From Catajapyx aquilonaris (Eukaryota): 40,489 nt of DNA. The translations under genes and the position numbers were made by a program. Positions 1 to 10,927 of the stretch are shown here, piece after piece. The DNA lies in assembly GCA_000934665.2 (NCBI GenBank), contig JYFJ02003527.1, positions 1 to 40,489 of the forward strand, written 5' to 3'. A model generated the notes under the pieces. It searched no databases. It saw nothing but the letters and a program-made list of their open reading frames with translations, and was not told the DNA's origin. How positions within the stretch are numbered: the stretch's first letter is position 1; each line of letters begins with the position of its first letter.

Positions 1-38
1 TCTTATTATTGTATTTGAGAAATATTATTTATTGCAAC

Positions 39-92
39 TCGCGGCCGCCCCTAGGCCAGTGCCTATTGTGCCTAATGGGAAATCCGCCACTG
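39..92 (-). mobile_element. Probable end of a non-autonomous DNA transposon (terminus CAGTGGCGGATTT...)
   Basis: GC-rich island in AT-rich intron, ending aatccgccactg, a terminus type common in hAT-like MITEs; partner end not seen. Confidence 0.35.
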
Positions 93-920
93 ACTGTAGG
101 TGGTCGAAATTAGGAACTTGATAACTTTCTACTGTGGCTGCTGGTTCACATCGACAAGTTGCAGCATGATGTCGCTACTTTAAAACATGCAAATAAACAG
201 TGTAAGCAACATCATAGGCTAAAAGAAATTATTGAATAGCATAGCTTAATTGCTGGGAAATGATGGCCAATAATAGCATACGCTGCAGTCTACCATGCGC
301 TTAGAAACAAACTGGGGCATCAGTGCTGCCAGCTCACCAATTCCATCTCTGCACATTTTACCACTGTCACCGGCAATTTGCAGCACGTTACCACAGAGAT
401 ATCTTGGTAGTTGGAATATGAAGCGCTTAGAACAAGTGGCCCAAGTCCAAAAATGCCCTTTTAGAGATAGGAATGGCTTGTGTATTCAGCTATAACAGAC
501 CTCGGTTATAACAAGACTGATCCCTTGAAGTCTATTATATCCGGATTCAATTTTATTACACCCAGTCAACAATGGTGTAAGTCCATGATTCTGTAGGATC
601 ATTATGGTGTAAGTCACATATGATTTTTTATCAATAAATCAGTTTTTTTGTTACAGTAGCAATACATCTAAAAAAGACTGCCATGTAATGATTGCCAATC
701 TGACATAATATGGATCGAGACATATGATTTCTCTTTCGAACTTGCAGGCGAATTATCCCAACTTGAGCTTTTTGGACTAGGGCCACTTTTGCCTCATATG
801 GACCCCTTCCCCTATTCATTTTCGTGTACAGGAATCTGAGGAATGTATCAGTATACTGGTATAGTAGGCATTCACTAAGGTATGAGCCTCTAACTCACAT
901 CAATTTCGGCATCCCTGCAG

Positions 921-1387
921 TTTTCTGACATGGTCCGCCTGAACTCGATTCGGTGTGGAACCGACACTTTGACTGATGAGGTCCGACCATACTGCATGGA
1001 CAGCGATCATTTGGACCAGGTGGTGCGCCATCGCTTGGTGGTGACTACTTGCAATGCATCAGGGACCTTCTACACTTTGGGCCTTCCCAATGGACACTTT
1101 ACACATGTGTTCATAGACGACGCAGGGTATGCCAATGAGCCTGAGGCACTGGTGCCCATTGGCCTTCTATCCACCAGTGATGGAGAAGCACAGGTGGTCT
1201 TGGCAGGAGATCCGAAGCAGCTGGGACCTGTCCTCACCAGCCATCTTGCCAAGAGGAATGGACTGGAATGCTCACTCCTTGAGAGACTTACTGCTGAAAA
1301 CCAACTGTACCAGAGGGATGATGTCAAATTTTCCCATGATGGAAACTATCACCCATTACTTGTCACAAACCTGGTCATCAATTACAG
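921..1387 (+). CDS. armi: helicase exon (motifs Ib-III)
   Basis: Acceptor ccctgcag|TTT at 920/921; donor TACAG|gtatgg at 1387/1388; phase 2. Confidence 0.85.
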
Positions 1388-3504
1388 GTATGGTTGTTGC
1401 GTTACTATAAAGGAACATGTACAGTGCTTGCAAATGGGATAAATTCAGCAGCAACAAAGGGACCTGTGACTCTCTTTCAACACTGCATGTTCTTGTTGAT
1501 GTTTCATTAGTCATTTGCTGCTTAAATCATGATTTTTTTTCACTCCTTTCTCTGCCTTTATTTCACATGTTTAGATCGGATCCCCTCCTTCTGAAATTTC
1601 CATCGAGGATGTTTTACCACGATGAACTGATAGCAAAGGCCGATCTAAGCAAGTGGGCTGACTTGCGGAAGCTAGATATCTTCCCCACAAAGTCAGTGGC
1701 CTTGGTGTTCTGTGGTGTCAAAGGGGAGAATGAGCAGGACAAGCACAGCCCATCCTGGTACAACAAGGCAGAGGTGTTTGAGGTGTGGCGGCACTTGCAA
1801 GTGCTCTACGATCAGGGAGGTCTGAAGCCTGAACAAGTTGGGATAATCACCCCATACAGGAAGCAGGTAAGATTTTTTTTTTCTTTCTTAGGAAGTAACA
1901 GTACTGTAGGTACACTCAAGGCGGTCTCAAGTAGTGTATGTGCTTGAAAATGTAGTAATCAATGATCAATCCCTTGTGTATGAGGCATTCCAAGGCCACC
2001 CTTCCGACAAATCCTTGAGGACCTTGACCAAAATTTAATGGCAGGTATACTATTCATTGACTTATGTAGGAAGCCAAATTATTACACCTCTGTGTTGCAT
2101 GGTTTTGTACTACAGGGTGCGGAAAAATTTAAAGTCAAAAGTTTGCACTCCAATTTTGATTAGGATATTTCTCAAACTTAGACACTTTTGAGATTTTTTG
2201 AATGACTCTTAAAATATGGCTGGACATGTCTGGCCGATATTTCCGATAACTCTACGAGGACGATTTTAGTCTTTCACGCTCTAGAAGCCAAAACGAAACC
2301 CTTGTGCATGCATGTGGACCAGCTTGCCCGCCTTTCCGCGTATGTATCCATCGTTCTCACTATCTGGATGTAATCCACTGCAGCTGGCTTTATGTGACCT
2401 TTACTTCTATCTGCAGATATCTTTCATACCCAACTGAAGAAAAGTGTAATTTTTTGTTGTTTGTTTACACACATAACAACGCCCTTTCCACATGCAGTAC
2501 GCGTAGAACACAAATTAGTCATTTACGACAAAGGGCAAGGCGGGCTGGCTGGCCCACACGCATGCACACGGATTACGTTTCGGCTTCTAGAGAGTGAAAG
2601 ACCAAAATCGTCCTCATAGAGTTTTCGAAAATATTGGCCGTACATGTCCAGCCATGTTTTAAGAGTCATTCAAAAAATCTCAAAAGTGACTATGTTTGAG
2701 AAAAATCAAAATCAAAATTGGAGCACCAATTTTTGACTTTCCATTTTTGATTCTCTTAATCATCGGAATAGTGAGTTAAAATAGGCATCCAATGCACACA
2801 TCAAGTTTAGGATTTGTACTTATCCTCTAGGAGTTATGGTAATCCAAGTGAATGCATGAGAAGCAAAAATCTGTATAAATTGGTAGATTCCGCACCCTGT
2901 AGTTACGCAACCAGTTACGCAACTCGGAGGTATAATAATATTCGGCTTCCTGCATAGGTCGATGAGTAGTAGATTGTCGCTAAATTTTGGCCAAGGTCCT
3001 CACAGACTTGTCAGAAAGGTGGCCCGCTTGGCGTGGAATCCTCGTATATACTCGTCCATTCTTATTTGGGTGCACTGATATGATTATTACATAAATTTTT
3101 CCCTTCCCTTTCTCACTGATGGAACATCACAGGTGGAGAAGATATGCCATCTCTTAGATGACAGAAACGTCCCTAAGCCAAAGATTGGGTCAGTGGAGGA
3201 GTTCCAGGGCCAAGAGAGAGTGGCCATCATCCTGTCAACCGTTTCATCAGTGAACGATTTGCGCAAGATCAACCAGATCTTCAACTTAGGTTTTGTTGCC
3301 AGCCCAAAGCGAATGAATGTGGCCCTAACAAGAGCAGAGGCCTGCCTGGTGGTGATTGGAAACCCTCACTGGCTGGCTCTGGACATGGAGTGGAGGGCCT
3401 TTTTGTCCTACGTGTACGAATTAGGAGCATACAAAGGATGCGAAATGCCACGTATCGTGATCAGGGGGGACGATGATGAGGATGGGGTCCCTAATGTCTA
3501 TTAG
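921..3504 (+). CDS. armi: Armitage/MOV10L1-like SF1B RNA helicase, 3' part only; join(921..1387,1575..1866,3133..3504)
   Basis: Spliced translation contains the SF1 Upf1-like motifs HVFIDDAG (II), VLAGDPKQLGP (III), NYRS, GIITPYRKQV, IGSVEEFQGQE (V) and KRMNVALTRA (VI). YHPLLVTNLVINYRS and KIGSVEEFQGQER resemble MOV10L1/Armitage. Junctions are GT-AG and phase-consistent. Motif I exons were not found and are presumably upstream of the window. Confidence 0.88.
1575..1866 (+). CDS. armi: helicase exon (RSDP...TPYRKQ)
   Basis: Acceptor tttag|A completes the AGA codon; donor AAGCAG|gtaaga. Confidence 0.88.
1981..3044. mobile_element. Composite foldback/MITE: outer TA-flanked element with ~130-bp inverted arms (1981-2110 / 2902-3044)
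   Basis: TA|TGAGGCATTCCA... matches ...TGGAATCCTCG|TA; gaggaccttgaccaaaattt matches aaattttggccaaggtcctc. Confidence 0.75.
2113..2899. mobile_element. Inner Tc1/mariner-type MITE (TA|CAGGGTGCGGAA...TTCCGCACCCTG|TA) with ~210-bp internal inverted arms
   Basis: 12-bp perfect termini with TA flanks; ~2125-2340 is the diverged reverse complement of ~2530-2750. Confidence 0.75.
3133..3504 (+). CDS. armi: helicase terminal coding exon (motifs V, VI, stop TAG)
   Basis: Acceptor cacag|GTG; encodes SVEEFQGQE and KRMNVALTRA; TAG at 3502-3504. Confidence 0.9.
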   Translation: MEKICHLLDDRNVPKPKIGSVEEFQGQERVAIILSTVSSVNDLRKINQIFNLGFVASPKRMNVALTRAEACLVVIGNPHWLALDMEWRAFLSYVYELGAYKGCEMPRIVIRGDDDEDGVPNVY

Positions 3505-3633
3505 GAAATCAGGTTTTCTTGTGGTTTCCGCGTTTCATCATTTACAGATATGGAGCTCAGTCATGTGCCTGAATTACATGTTTATGTAGTAAGAATGAGT
3601 TTTTTCGGCACTTTAAGCGTAGTTATTAGTAGT

Positions 3634-3890
3634 ATATGAAGGGGTTAGTGCCATAACGTGCTAAGCCACACTTTTGTGTTTTTTGAGCTTGCACGTGTCT
3701 GAAAGTCCCACCATCGTGCTTCACAAGTGGGCATCACGTAGTTAGAAAAATTCCCCATAGATCACGAGAAAATCACGAATAATGTTCCTTGTTTTGTATG
3801 ATTTGCCATGTTAAGCCAAACTTTTGAAAGCCCATATCTCAGAATGAAGGTTTTGTGGCTTAGCACGTTATGGCACTAACCCATTCATAT
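3634..3890. mobile_element. MITE with 37-bp TIRs in helicase 3' region
   Basis: 3634-3670 versus reverse complement of 3854-3890: 36/37 identical. Confidence 0.8.
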
Positions 3891-4474
3891 GTTTAAGTTT
3901 TAAGCTGAAAATTGAGGTGATATTTTGCAGGATAATTTGAAAACACTGAAAGTTACCACTTTTGTGGACTTTGCCTATTAATATTACTCCTCAAATAATA
4001 GTAGGTGTTGAAGTCCATTACTGAATGACAGTATTATTAGTGTAGTGACTTTTTTTTCTTGTGCACATTTTAAAATCCTTGCACCCACATGTTGTATATG
4101 CCTATTATTTTTTCTCTGATAACCAAAGCTTAGGGCAAGTGATAATTTTAAGATATTAAGTGCCTTATGAAAGCAGTTTAGTATTGTATCTAGATACGAT
4201 ATTAGTAGATAGTGTAGTCTGATGTACTTTTAAGTCTTTGATATCAGTTAAAGTTTTGATCTGTCACAGGGTTGGTTAAATTATTTTGATCCACTGCAAT
4301 ATAAAACAACAAAAATTGCAGGGGAAATCTATGAACTGGAAGCTACAAATTTGAAATATAATTGTGCCCCAATCTTGTCACATGTAATGATTTTGAGGCA
4401 GGAGAGAATGATGAAGCTGTACTTACCATAAGAGTTGTGCCTTTGATAAGGCAAGAGTGTTCTGAAGTGGGCGG

Positions 4475-4480
4475 AATAAA
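4475..4480 (+). terminator. Candidate polyadenylation signal for the helicase
   Basis: AATAAA ~970 nt after the stop, followed by a T/GT-rich tract. Confidence 0.4.
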
Positions 4481-5918
4481 CTTGAAAATGTAAGCAATAC
4501 TGTTACGTTATTTGTTATCCACCTATTGCCGTTATTTATTTATTTTGTACAAATTCAGTGTTCTGTGGGATTTACCTGGCACAAATGAATGTCTTGACAG
4601 CTGAGAAAATTCCTGTGACACTGGATCTTACTTTTCATACAGGGTATTTCTTACTAGTAGCAGGTCATCCCACCATCAGCATATTTCTTAGGCCAAAACA
4701 AGTCAAAAATGTAGGGGGAAGAATAAATTGTCGAGGGAGCAACCGCTAACAAGGTAGACGACCAGAAACCTTGGCCTGATGCGTCGTGTGAGTGAGTCCT
4801 TGAATCCGGAGAGTGGGTGGGAGGTTTTTCTTCTCATTTCACGACTGCACGTGAATGGAGGAGGTGCTGCACTGTGCTGGACAATTGACACATACATACC
4901 GCACCATGTCGCCTGACCGGTACGTTTCAAATTGTACGCAGCCTACACAATTTTTGGCAAAGATGTAGCACACGACTGACAGTGAGTGTAGGCTACTTGT
5001 GCATGTACCCAGTGAAATTGGGATGGGAGCCATTTGATTTGCAATGTCCATAATATTAAGTAATTCATTATTAATAACGTTCTTGCAGATTATTATTTTT
5101 CTCTACAGTGAGAAGAGATTTGAATAGGAAGAGCTGGCAGTTGGGGCAAGATTCGAAATTTAATCTTGCTATTTTTACAGGAATGACTGATGTGCTGACC
5201 TTGCAGACGAGATGAAGTCAACAAGTGGAATGTGACCACACCTCCTGTCAATTGTTATGAGCCAGTCACGTCACTAGTCCCAATTGTCTTTAATAAATGA
5301 AAATATTTGACTACTGTTGTGTTTTAAATCACTCCTCTTATTCACTGTTGATAAAAATTAGCTATACATCCGTAAGCATCATTTACCTTTCCGTGTAAAA
5401 CAAGTCTCAGCAGTAATACTACAGTTGCTGTACTTACCACTGAGTGGTCACCTTCTGCTGCAAAAATGCAATGGTGGAAAGCTGCAAAATTCTGAAAACT
5501 TAAAAAATTCGTCCATGCACCACCATTGCTCAATGCAGTTGGGAAAAGTTAGTTCTGCCATTGCTGTCGTTTATTTCCTCACTTGACTTATTCTTTCACC
5601 CCCACCTTCCCTATACGGAGTGCCTACCCTGCATATACAAGTCCTGATTCATATGGTTTCTCTGCCTGACCAGACTTGGAATATTGGAAGTGGTAAAAAA
5701 ATTACTCATAATTCAGTACTACTGTATACCTCACATGGACGAAGAATTGCAGGAGAAAGGTTTGGTACAGAAAATGATTTCAGATCGTGTCAATTGATGT
5801 ATGTGTAATTTTACCAACAAGAGCGGGCACAACAGAAATATTCTAGTTGCTGAGATTCGCTCCGTTGCCTCAATTTTAACCACTTGAAATGACTGCAGTG
5901 TGCCAAGTGATGCAAAAC

Positions 5919-5953
5919 TCACAATTTCAGATGAACATAATGCCATTTGTCCA
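5919..5953 (-). CDS. Nurf-38: PPase terminal coding exon
   Basis: ctttctttcag|TG GAC AAA TGG CAT TAT GTT CAT CTG AAA TTG TGA gives the conserved VDKWHY tail. Confidence 0.88.
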
Positions 5954-8900
5954 CTGAAAGAAAGCAAAAGAGAAACTTATTACTGTATGCATATGATGGA
6001 TCACAAATTTAGTCGACCTAGGAGATTCTCTGGGCTCTAGAAGCACCACAAACTCCAAACATTCACTTAGCTAAAAAGCAATTACATCAGCTGAAAGAGT
6101 GAAACCTGTACTGTCCAAATTGTGAATCAATATAAATTTTTACTGGTAATCTTTTGAGTAATAGCAGAAGCAGAACTTTCTTGATGAATGTTTCCCATTT
6201 GGTACAATCATAGCGCCTAAGTACACAATGTATATACAATGAAAAAATAATATTATATGCCTTACCAATTGGATCTAATGGTGCTGCGGGTCCATATTCA
6301 TCACTTTTATTCACCACATCATCAGCCTCTTCTATGCTCATTTTAAAAGGTCCCTCCTTTGTTGTAGTTGAACTGTATTACCAAAATTTCATTATACAAA
6401 ACCGCCAGTATTAACATTGTCCCACCAAAGCATGGTAATAGATGTACTCACCAGACTATTTCTCCAGCATCGATCTCCTTTTTCATAAGTCCTTGCCAGT
6501 GCTTATGCGTCTCTTCAATTATCTGGAGTGCAAACTCCTTCTTGCGAACCTCTCCTCCAAATGCAAACTTATTCTCGGGCTTCCCGTCAGGAATCTTGTA
6601 GATGCGGAACCATTCTATGGTCGCTTTCAGTAAGCCAGGCATTTCCTTTTCGACATCGTCAATGTCTAGTAATGCAAATATAAGTAATCAAACTATGGGC
6701 TGTGAATCACTGATGCAAGAGACCAAGGTGTATCAAAATGCAGGAAGTCCATGACTGACCATGTTCATAGAAATTTTAAAGTGCAATCAATTGTGGGGAC
6801 AAGAGTACTTCATAAGTCAACTAAACATTAGCTACATAAAAAATAAAAGGCTTGTGCAAACACTTGAAAAAATTGGTGATATCAGTGGAGGCATGAATCT
6901 TGCTATCGGATTACATGCAGCTACGTAACTAGTGACAAAAAAAAATCCATTCCCACATATTTGAAATGCAAGCCATACCATTGAGCTGAGCTGCCATTGG
7001 GTCCTGGGAGTTAATTGCAATTAACTTCCAGTCAGTCTCGCCTTCATCAATCATGGCTAGAATTCCTAACACTTTGACCTGCATCACTTCACCACATTTG
7101 GCTACCTGTTAAGTAACATTGAAGCAGAACATGAGCCTCTTCTATCAGATCAGATCGTCATGATGCTAACATCTCAAGTGAATATTATCTCACCCGATGT
7201 CCAATTTCGCAAACGTCTATGGGATCGTTGTCACCTTTACAACCAGTCGATTCATCCAGGACGTTAGGGTTCTCCCACGTCTACAATATCATTAAGGAAT
7301 AATTAATTAGCATGTTGGCAAATATTTCTTTCAAAAGTGACTCCGGAAAAGTTATCATAATTTACAGCAAAGAGCCTTCTATCTTGTGCTAAATTATTTA
7401 TCTCTGAAAATTAGTTGCCAAAATTACCTGTGGCAAAGCTCCATAGTTCCAGATGTATCCTTTGTGGGGAAATGAATTTGCGACGAATCTCAACTTCCCT
7501 TTCTTTGTGTCCTGCTTGAGTGGATTGAGCGGGTCCACCCGGCTAATCTAACAAAATGCAAGTGGGGTTAGAATGAATCAATAAATCAACCAAGATCAAT
7601 CATCAGGAAATCATTAAGCCAAATAGCCACCACTACTATCATATGAGCAAAATATGCCTTCCTTTCTAAATTGAAACAAAGGCAATGGGCAATATTTTTG
7701 GATATACACTGTACTCCCAATTATCCAGGCTAATGAATGCATAGGTGTCATCAGATAATCGGAAAACGTGAATAATCTGAAAATAGTCCTAAATACCGTT
7801 AACTATTCAGAGGTTTTCATGTACAACTGTACATAGTGTATGCTACTTTAACTAAGGCTTAATCACAATAAACTTACCATAGCTTTTTAGTTCGTCTTAT
7901 AGAAAAAGGATGTTATATTTCTACATTTGCGAGAGATTCGCATTTTTTTTTTTGGACTTCTATTTTTAGTTTTATTTTTTGGCAATCCACAGATAATTCA
8001 CACCCGGATAATCAGGAGTAGTGTACTTTTATCCTCAATTACCCTAAACTTTTGCAGTGTTACACCTTGTACACATCCCAACAAAAAATCGATTCATTTT
8101 CTTTCTACCAAAAAGAGCAAAGCATGACATATTTATGGTTGATTACTGCACCATTAAGTCCATGAATGAATGCGCACCAAGTCAACCTCAATTAAAGATA
8201 ATGACAAACAAATTATAAGCATGGAGAGCCAGGCAGCAAATTAGTGAGGGACTCACCTCCATCTTAGCATTGGTCCATCGAGGAATCTCAACAATCATGT
8301 TGAACATCTTCCCAGGGCCATTTTCACCAGCAACGAGCGGAATGTCGTGAAATGGCGAGATGGGTCCATCCTCATTCTCTGCAAGGTTGGAAAAAAGGAA
8401 ACCGAATAAAAATCTATACATCCTGCAATATTTTACCATCGACATGCTTACGGCTTTGCTGCTGCTAATAGTAAAAAAATAAATAATAATAATAGACATG
8501 GAGGGTTATCGGAGATCCACCTATAAAACGTTGATTGCTAAACAGGAAAATGTAATGAAGGAATTGTGAAGGACTCTGCATATTACAGGGGTTTTCCTGT
8601 TTAGCAATCAACATTTTATAGGTGGATCTCCGACAACCCCGTATGTCCATTATGATTATGATTATGATGATTATTATTACAGAGTGGGGACATGCTGCTC
8701 GCCAGTTGCTTATATTGTTTATTACATCATCAAACTCATCATATCCTTTGCGTGTACCTGACCAGTCACCTAAGGTTTGTCACATTCGGTCAAGTGAGAT
8801 GGCAAGGTGTTTTCGCTGGCTCTTTGGGACAATGCCGTGAAGATATGTACGTATTATTATTATCATTAGCACACAGCAGCAGGAGCAAAGCTGTTCCTTG

Positions 8901-9532
8901 CACGTCCCGTTTCCATGGTAATGTAACAAACATCAATCATTGTTTTTTGAGGCCATGATAATCCTACTGCCGTGAACAAACAGACAAACTTCACCTTACA
9001 CAGTACATGTAAGACTTTTATTATTATTGTTCATCCAGTGATACTTCTGTGCCAATCATTCCTATTTACCCCTAGCAGCTGTTATGCAACGTGCAAGGGC
9101 AGCCTTCCCACAAGTTTCCCAGCGCCTTGAAAGTCAGGGCCCCACCTCTAAACCTGTGTGAAAGGTGTTCTCTCCCTGACACTCACTATAGTAGATCCTG
9201 TACGAGGCTGTGTTTGGGGATCCCCTTTCCACAGTGGTGAACATGCCGGCAGTGGTTGCTGCTGCAGCGGGGGCGACTCTGGCTCTGGTGGTCCAGGTGG
9301 GGCAGAGGCGGATGGGGAGGCAGCTGCAACCGTCCGTCTGGAGCTGGGAGAGCGGGGGCAGGAAGCGTCTGGCCACGGGTCCTATCCGGGGCAGAAGGGA
9401 AGGGCAGGAGAGCAAGACTCGTTTGGCCACGGCCGGCAGACGGGGAGACATCACGCGGGGGGAAAAGGCAAGCAGGTTTTGTCTGGTTGGCGTCCTTGGG
9501 AGCAAAACAGCCGGCGTCAGGAGTGCCAACAT
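5919..9532 (-). CDS. Nurf-38: Soluble family I inorganic pyrophosphatase (PPA1/PPA2/Nurf-38-like); complement(join(5919..5953,6266..6372,6452..6665,6979..7105,7194..7280,7428..7547,8257..8378,9187..9532))
   Basis: Motifs [67 protein letters not shown] and C-terminal [11 protein letters not shown]. All introns are GT-AG and in phase. Product is 289 aa from ATG 9244 or 385 aa from ATG 9532. Confidence 0.95.
6266..6372 (-). CDS. Nurf-38: PPase exon 7
   Basis: acag|T TCA...[14 protein letters not shown]...LDPI G|gtaagg. Confidence 0.88.
6452..6665 (-). CDS. Nurf-38: PPase exon 6
   Basis: [35 protein letters not shown]...TG|gtgagt. Confidence 0.93.
6979..7105 (-). CDS. Nurf-38: PPase exon 5
   Basis: VAKCGEV...[14 protein letters not shown]...QLN G|gtatgg. 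Confidence 0.93.
7194..7280 (-). CDS. Nurf-38: PPase exon 4
   Basis: TWENP...[14 protein letters not shown]|gtgaga; carries the catalytic Asp motif. Confidence 0.93.
7428..7547 (-). CDS. Nurf-38: PPase exon 3
   Basis: [13 protein letters not shown]...WNYGALPQ|gtaatt; 120 nt; not in ORF track. Confidence 0.93.
7705..8025. mobile_element. Degenerate pogo/Tigger-like MITE in PPase intron 2
   Basis: tacactgtactcccaattatccagg versus reverse complement of cccggataatcaggagtagtgta; internal gataat subrepeats. Confidence 0.55.
8257..8378 (-). CDS. Nurf-38: PPase exon 2
   Basis: ttgcag|AG AAT...ISPFHDIPL...NAKME|gtgagt. Confidence 0.93.
8495..8647. mobile_element. Hairpin MITE (~55-bp inverted arms) in PPase intron 1
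   Basis: tcggagatccacctataaaacgttgattgctaaacaggaaaa pairs near-perfectly with ttttcctgtttagcaatcaacattttataggtggatctccga. Confidence 0.75.
9187..9532 (-). CDS. Nurf-38: PPase exon 1 (ATG 9532; internal in-frame ATGs 9451 and 9244)
   Basis: Ends ...[21 protein letters not shown]|gtgagt. Start choice uncertain. Confidence 0.8.
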
Positions 9533-9538
9533 GGGACG

Positions 9539-9546
9539 TGACGTCA
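9539..9546. promoter_or_regulatory. Perfect CRE palindrome TGACGTCA just upstream of the first PPase ATG
   Basis: Motif match in a GC-rich 5' region; function untested. Confidence 0.35.
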
Positions 9547-9762
9547 AAGCCGGCGCCGGGGTTGCCACATCGACCCCGCACTCTTTGAATACGGCTATAG
9601 TGAGCAGTATTATCAGTAAATTCGGTTCTGTCTCAATATTTGGCAACAGTGTGGCCTTGATTCATGATCAATCAGATGGGATGTCTGTAAAGTGATTGAT
9701 TGAGTTCCGGGTGCGGTGTTGCAGGGACACGCAAACAGTGGGGCACAATAATTCAGGCCGTT

Positions 9763-9768
9763 TTTATT
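9763..9768 (-). terminator. Candidate ChAT polyadenylation signal
   Basis: AATAAA on the minus strand ~950 nt downstream of the ChAT stop. Confidence 0.45.
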
Positions 9769-10711
9769 ATTGTTTTCCTAAACATTCATTAGAGCCGTAC
9801 ATTACATGGAACAATAAACTTCTAGCAAACGTAACGAGGATTTAAATATGATAAAATCAGTTTGGCAACAATAAGTAGAGCTAATAAGTAAAAACAGTTC
9901 AACTTAAGCGACTTAGCCAGGTTGACAACTCTAAACGTAACTGTTATCACAGAGTGTGTAATATTATAGGCCATTACTGTTAATTGTGTACACAGTACAT
10001 TAAGCGTTTCTCAAAATGACAGTTTGACAGACAAGTGGCGTGAGTTACACAAGTACTGTTTGGTTCGCGATATTTTTGCACATTTTAGGGGTTATCCTAA
10101 TATTAGTTTATGAGTTATATAGACCCTTAAATGGAATTAATATCCGGGTTTTGCAGCGCTTTAAACTTAATTACACCCACGATTACACCTGACAATAATA
10201 ACTAATATTGCACTTTTGATAACCCCTAAAAATCACTTTAGTTCAATAATCGCACATTCTTTAACTTGGATAGTAATTTTGTGCAAAACCTCACGCTGAT
10301 ATGTAACATTCACAGTCATACATCTTTGGTTAAAACATCTAGTAACTTTTAAAACCCGCAAGACACTGTGTACTACCTGACACTTGGTGTAGTTGGTAAG
10401 TTATCGCCAACAAGTGACGCAACCCACATTTAAAGACAATGCTGGACATCTGAAAATTATGCAGCTACATCGATAATTTTTCGCGAAAAGACATACCTAC
10501 ACGTACGGCAATGACAGGTAAGAAGAGATAGCTATGTACAGGGTGTTTCGTAATGATTTGCACAAACTCGATTATTTCATGATATCAGCATCTTTGTTAC
10601 TTGTATACACAGCCTACGACACTTCCATCGTCTGCGTTTGAAAGTGATTCTTTCCGTGCAAGTTTATGCGACTCATTATGAAACACTCTGTAGTGTGCTG
10701 TACTACTACAT

Positions 10712-10927
10712 CTACATGTGGCTGGCAGAGCTTCGCTGGAGCATCTGCATCATGGCATCTAGACTGGATGAGAGGCAGTCTGCGAAATTGAGTGACATGG
10801 TGTTCTCGCAGGCCCTGAAGCAAGTGAGACAGAACACGATGCAGTCCGGATGAGGATTGTACGCTGCTCCGTAGCCGTCGGGTACCACAGCTCCGTAGCC
10901 CATCACTGTGTCCTCTCGTGTTGGAAT
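10712..10927 (-). CDS. ChAT: ChAT terminal coding exon
   Basis: gacag|IPTREDTVMGYGAVVPDGYG...SHM TAG. Confidence 0.93.
   Translation of the reverse strand: MPTREDTVMGYGAVVPDGYGAAYNPHPDCIVFCLTCFRACENTMSLNFADCLSSSLDAMMQMLQRSSASHM

Noticed and set aside
4559..5297. Acceptor-like sites and AATAAA (5292) on + between helicase and PPase
   Set aside because: No coherent ORF or exon chain; cannot be distinguished from UTR or intergenic noise.
6142..6216. Alternative PPase last exon (GAMIVPNGK...YQ*)
   Set aside because: Weak acceptor and non-conserved peptide; the 5919-5953 exon gives the conserved VDKWHY tail.
9158..9695. Several overlapping ORFs around PPase exon 1
   Set aside because: GC-rich region with few stops; only the minus-strand frame continuous with MFTTVERG is supported.
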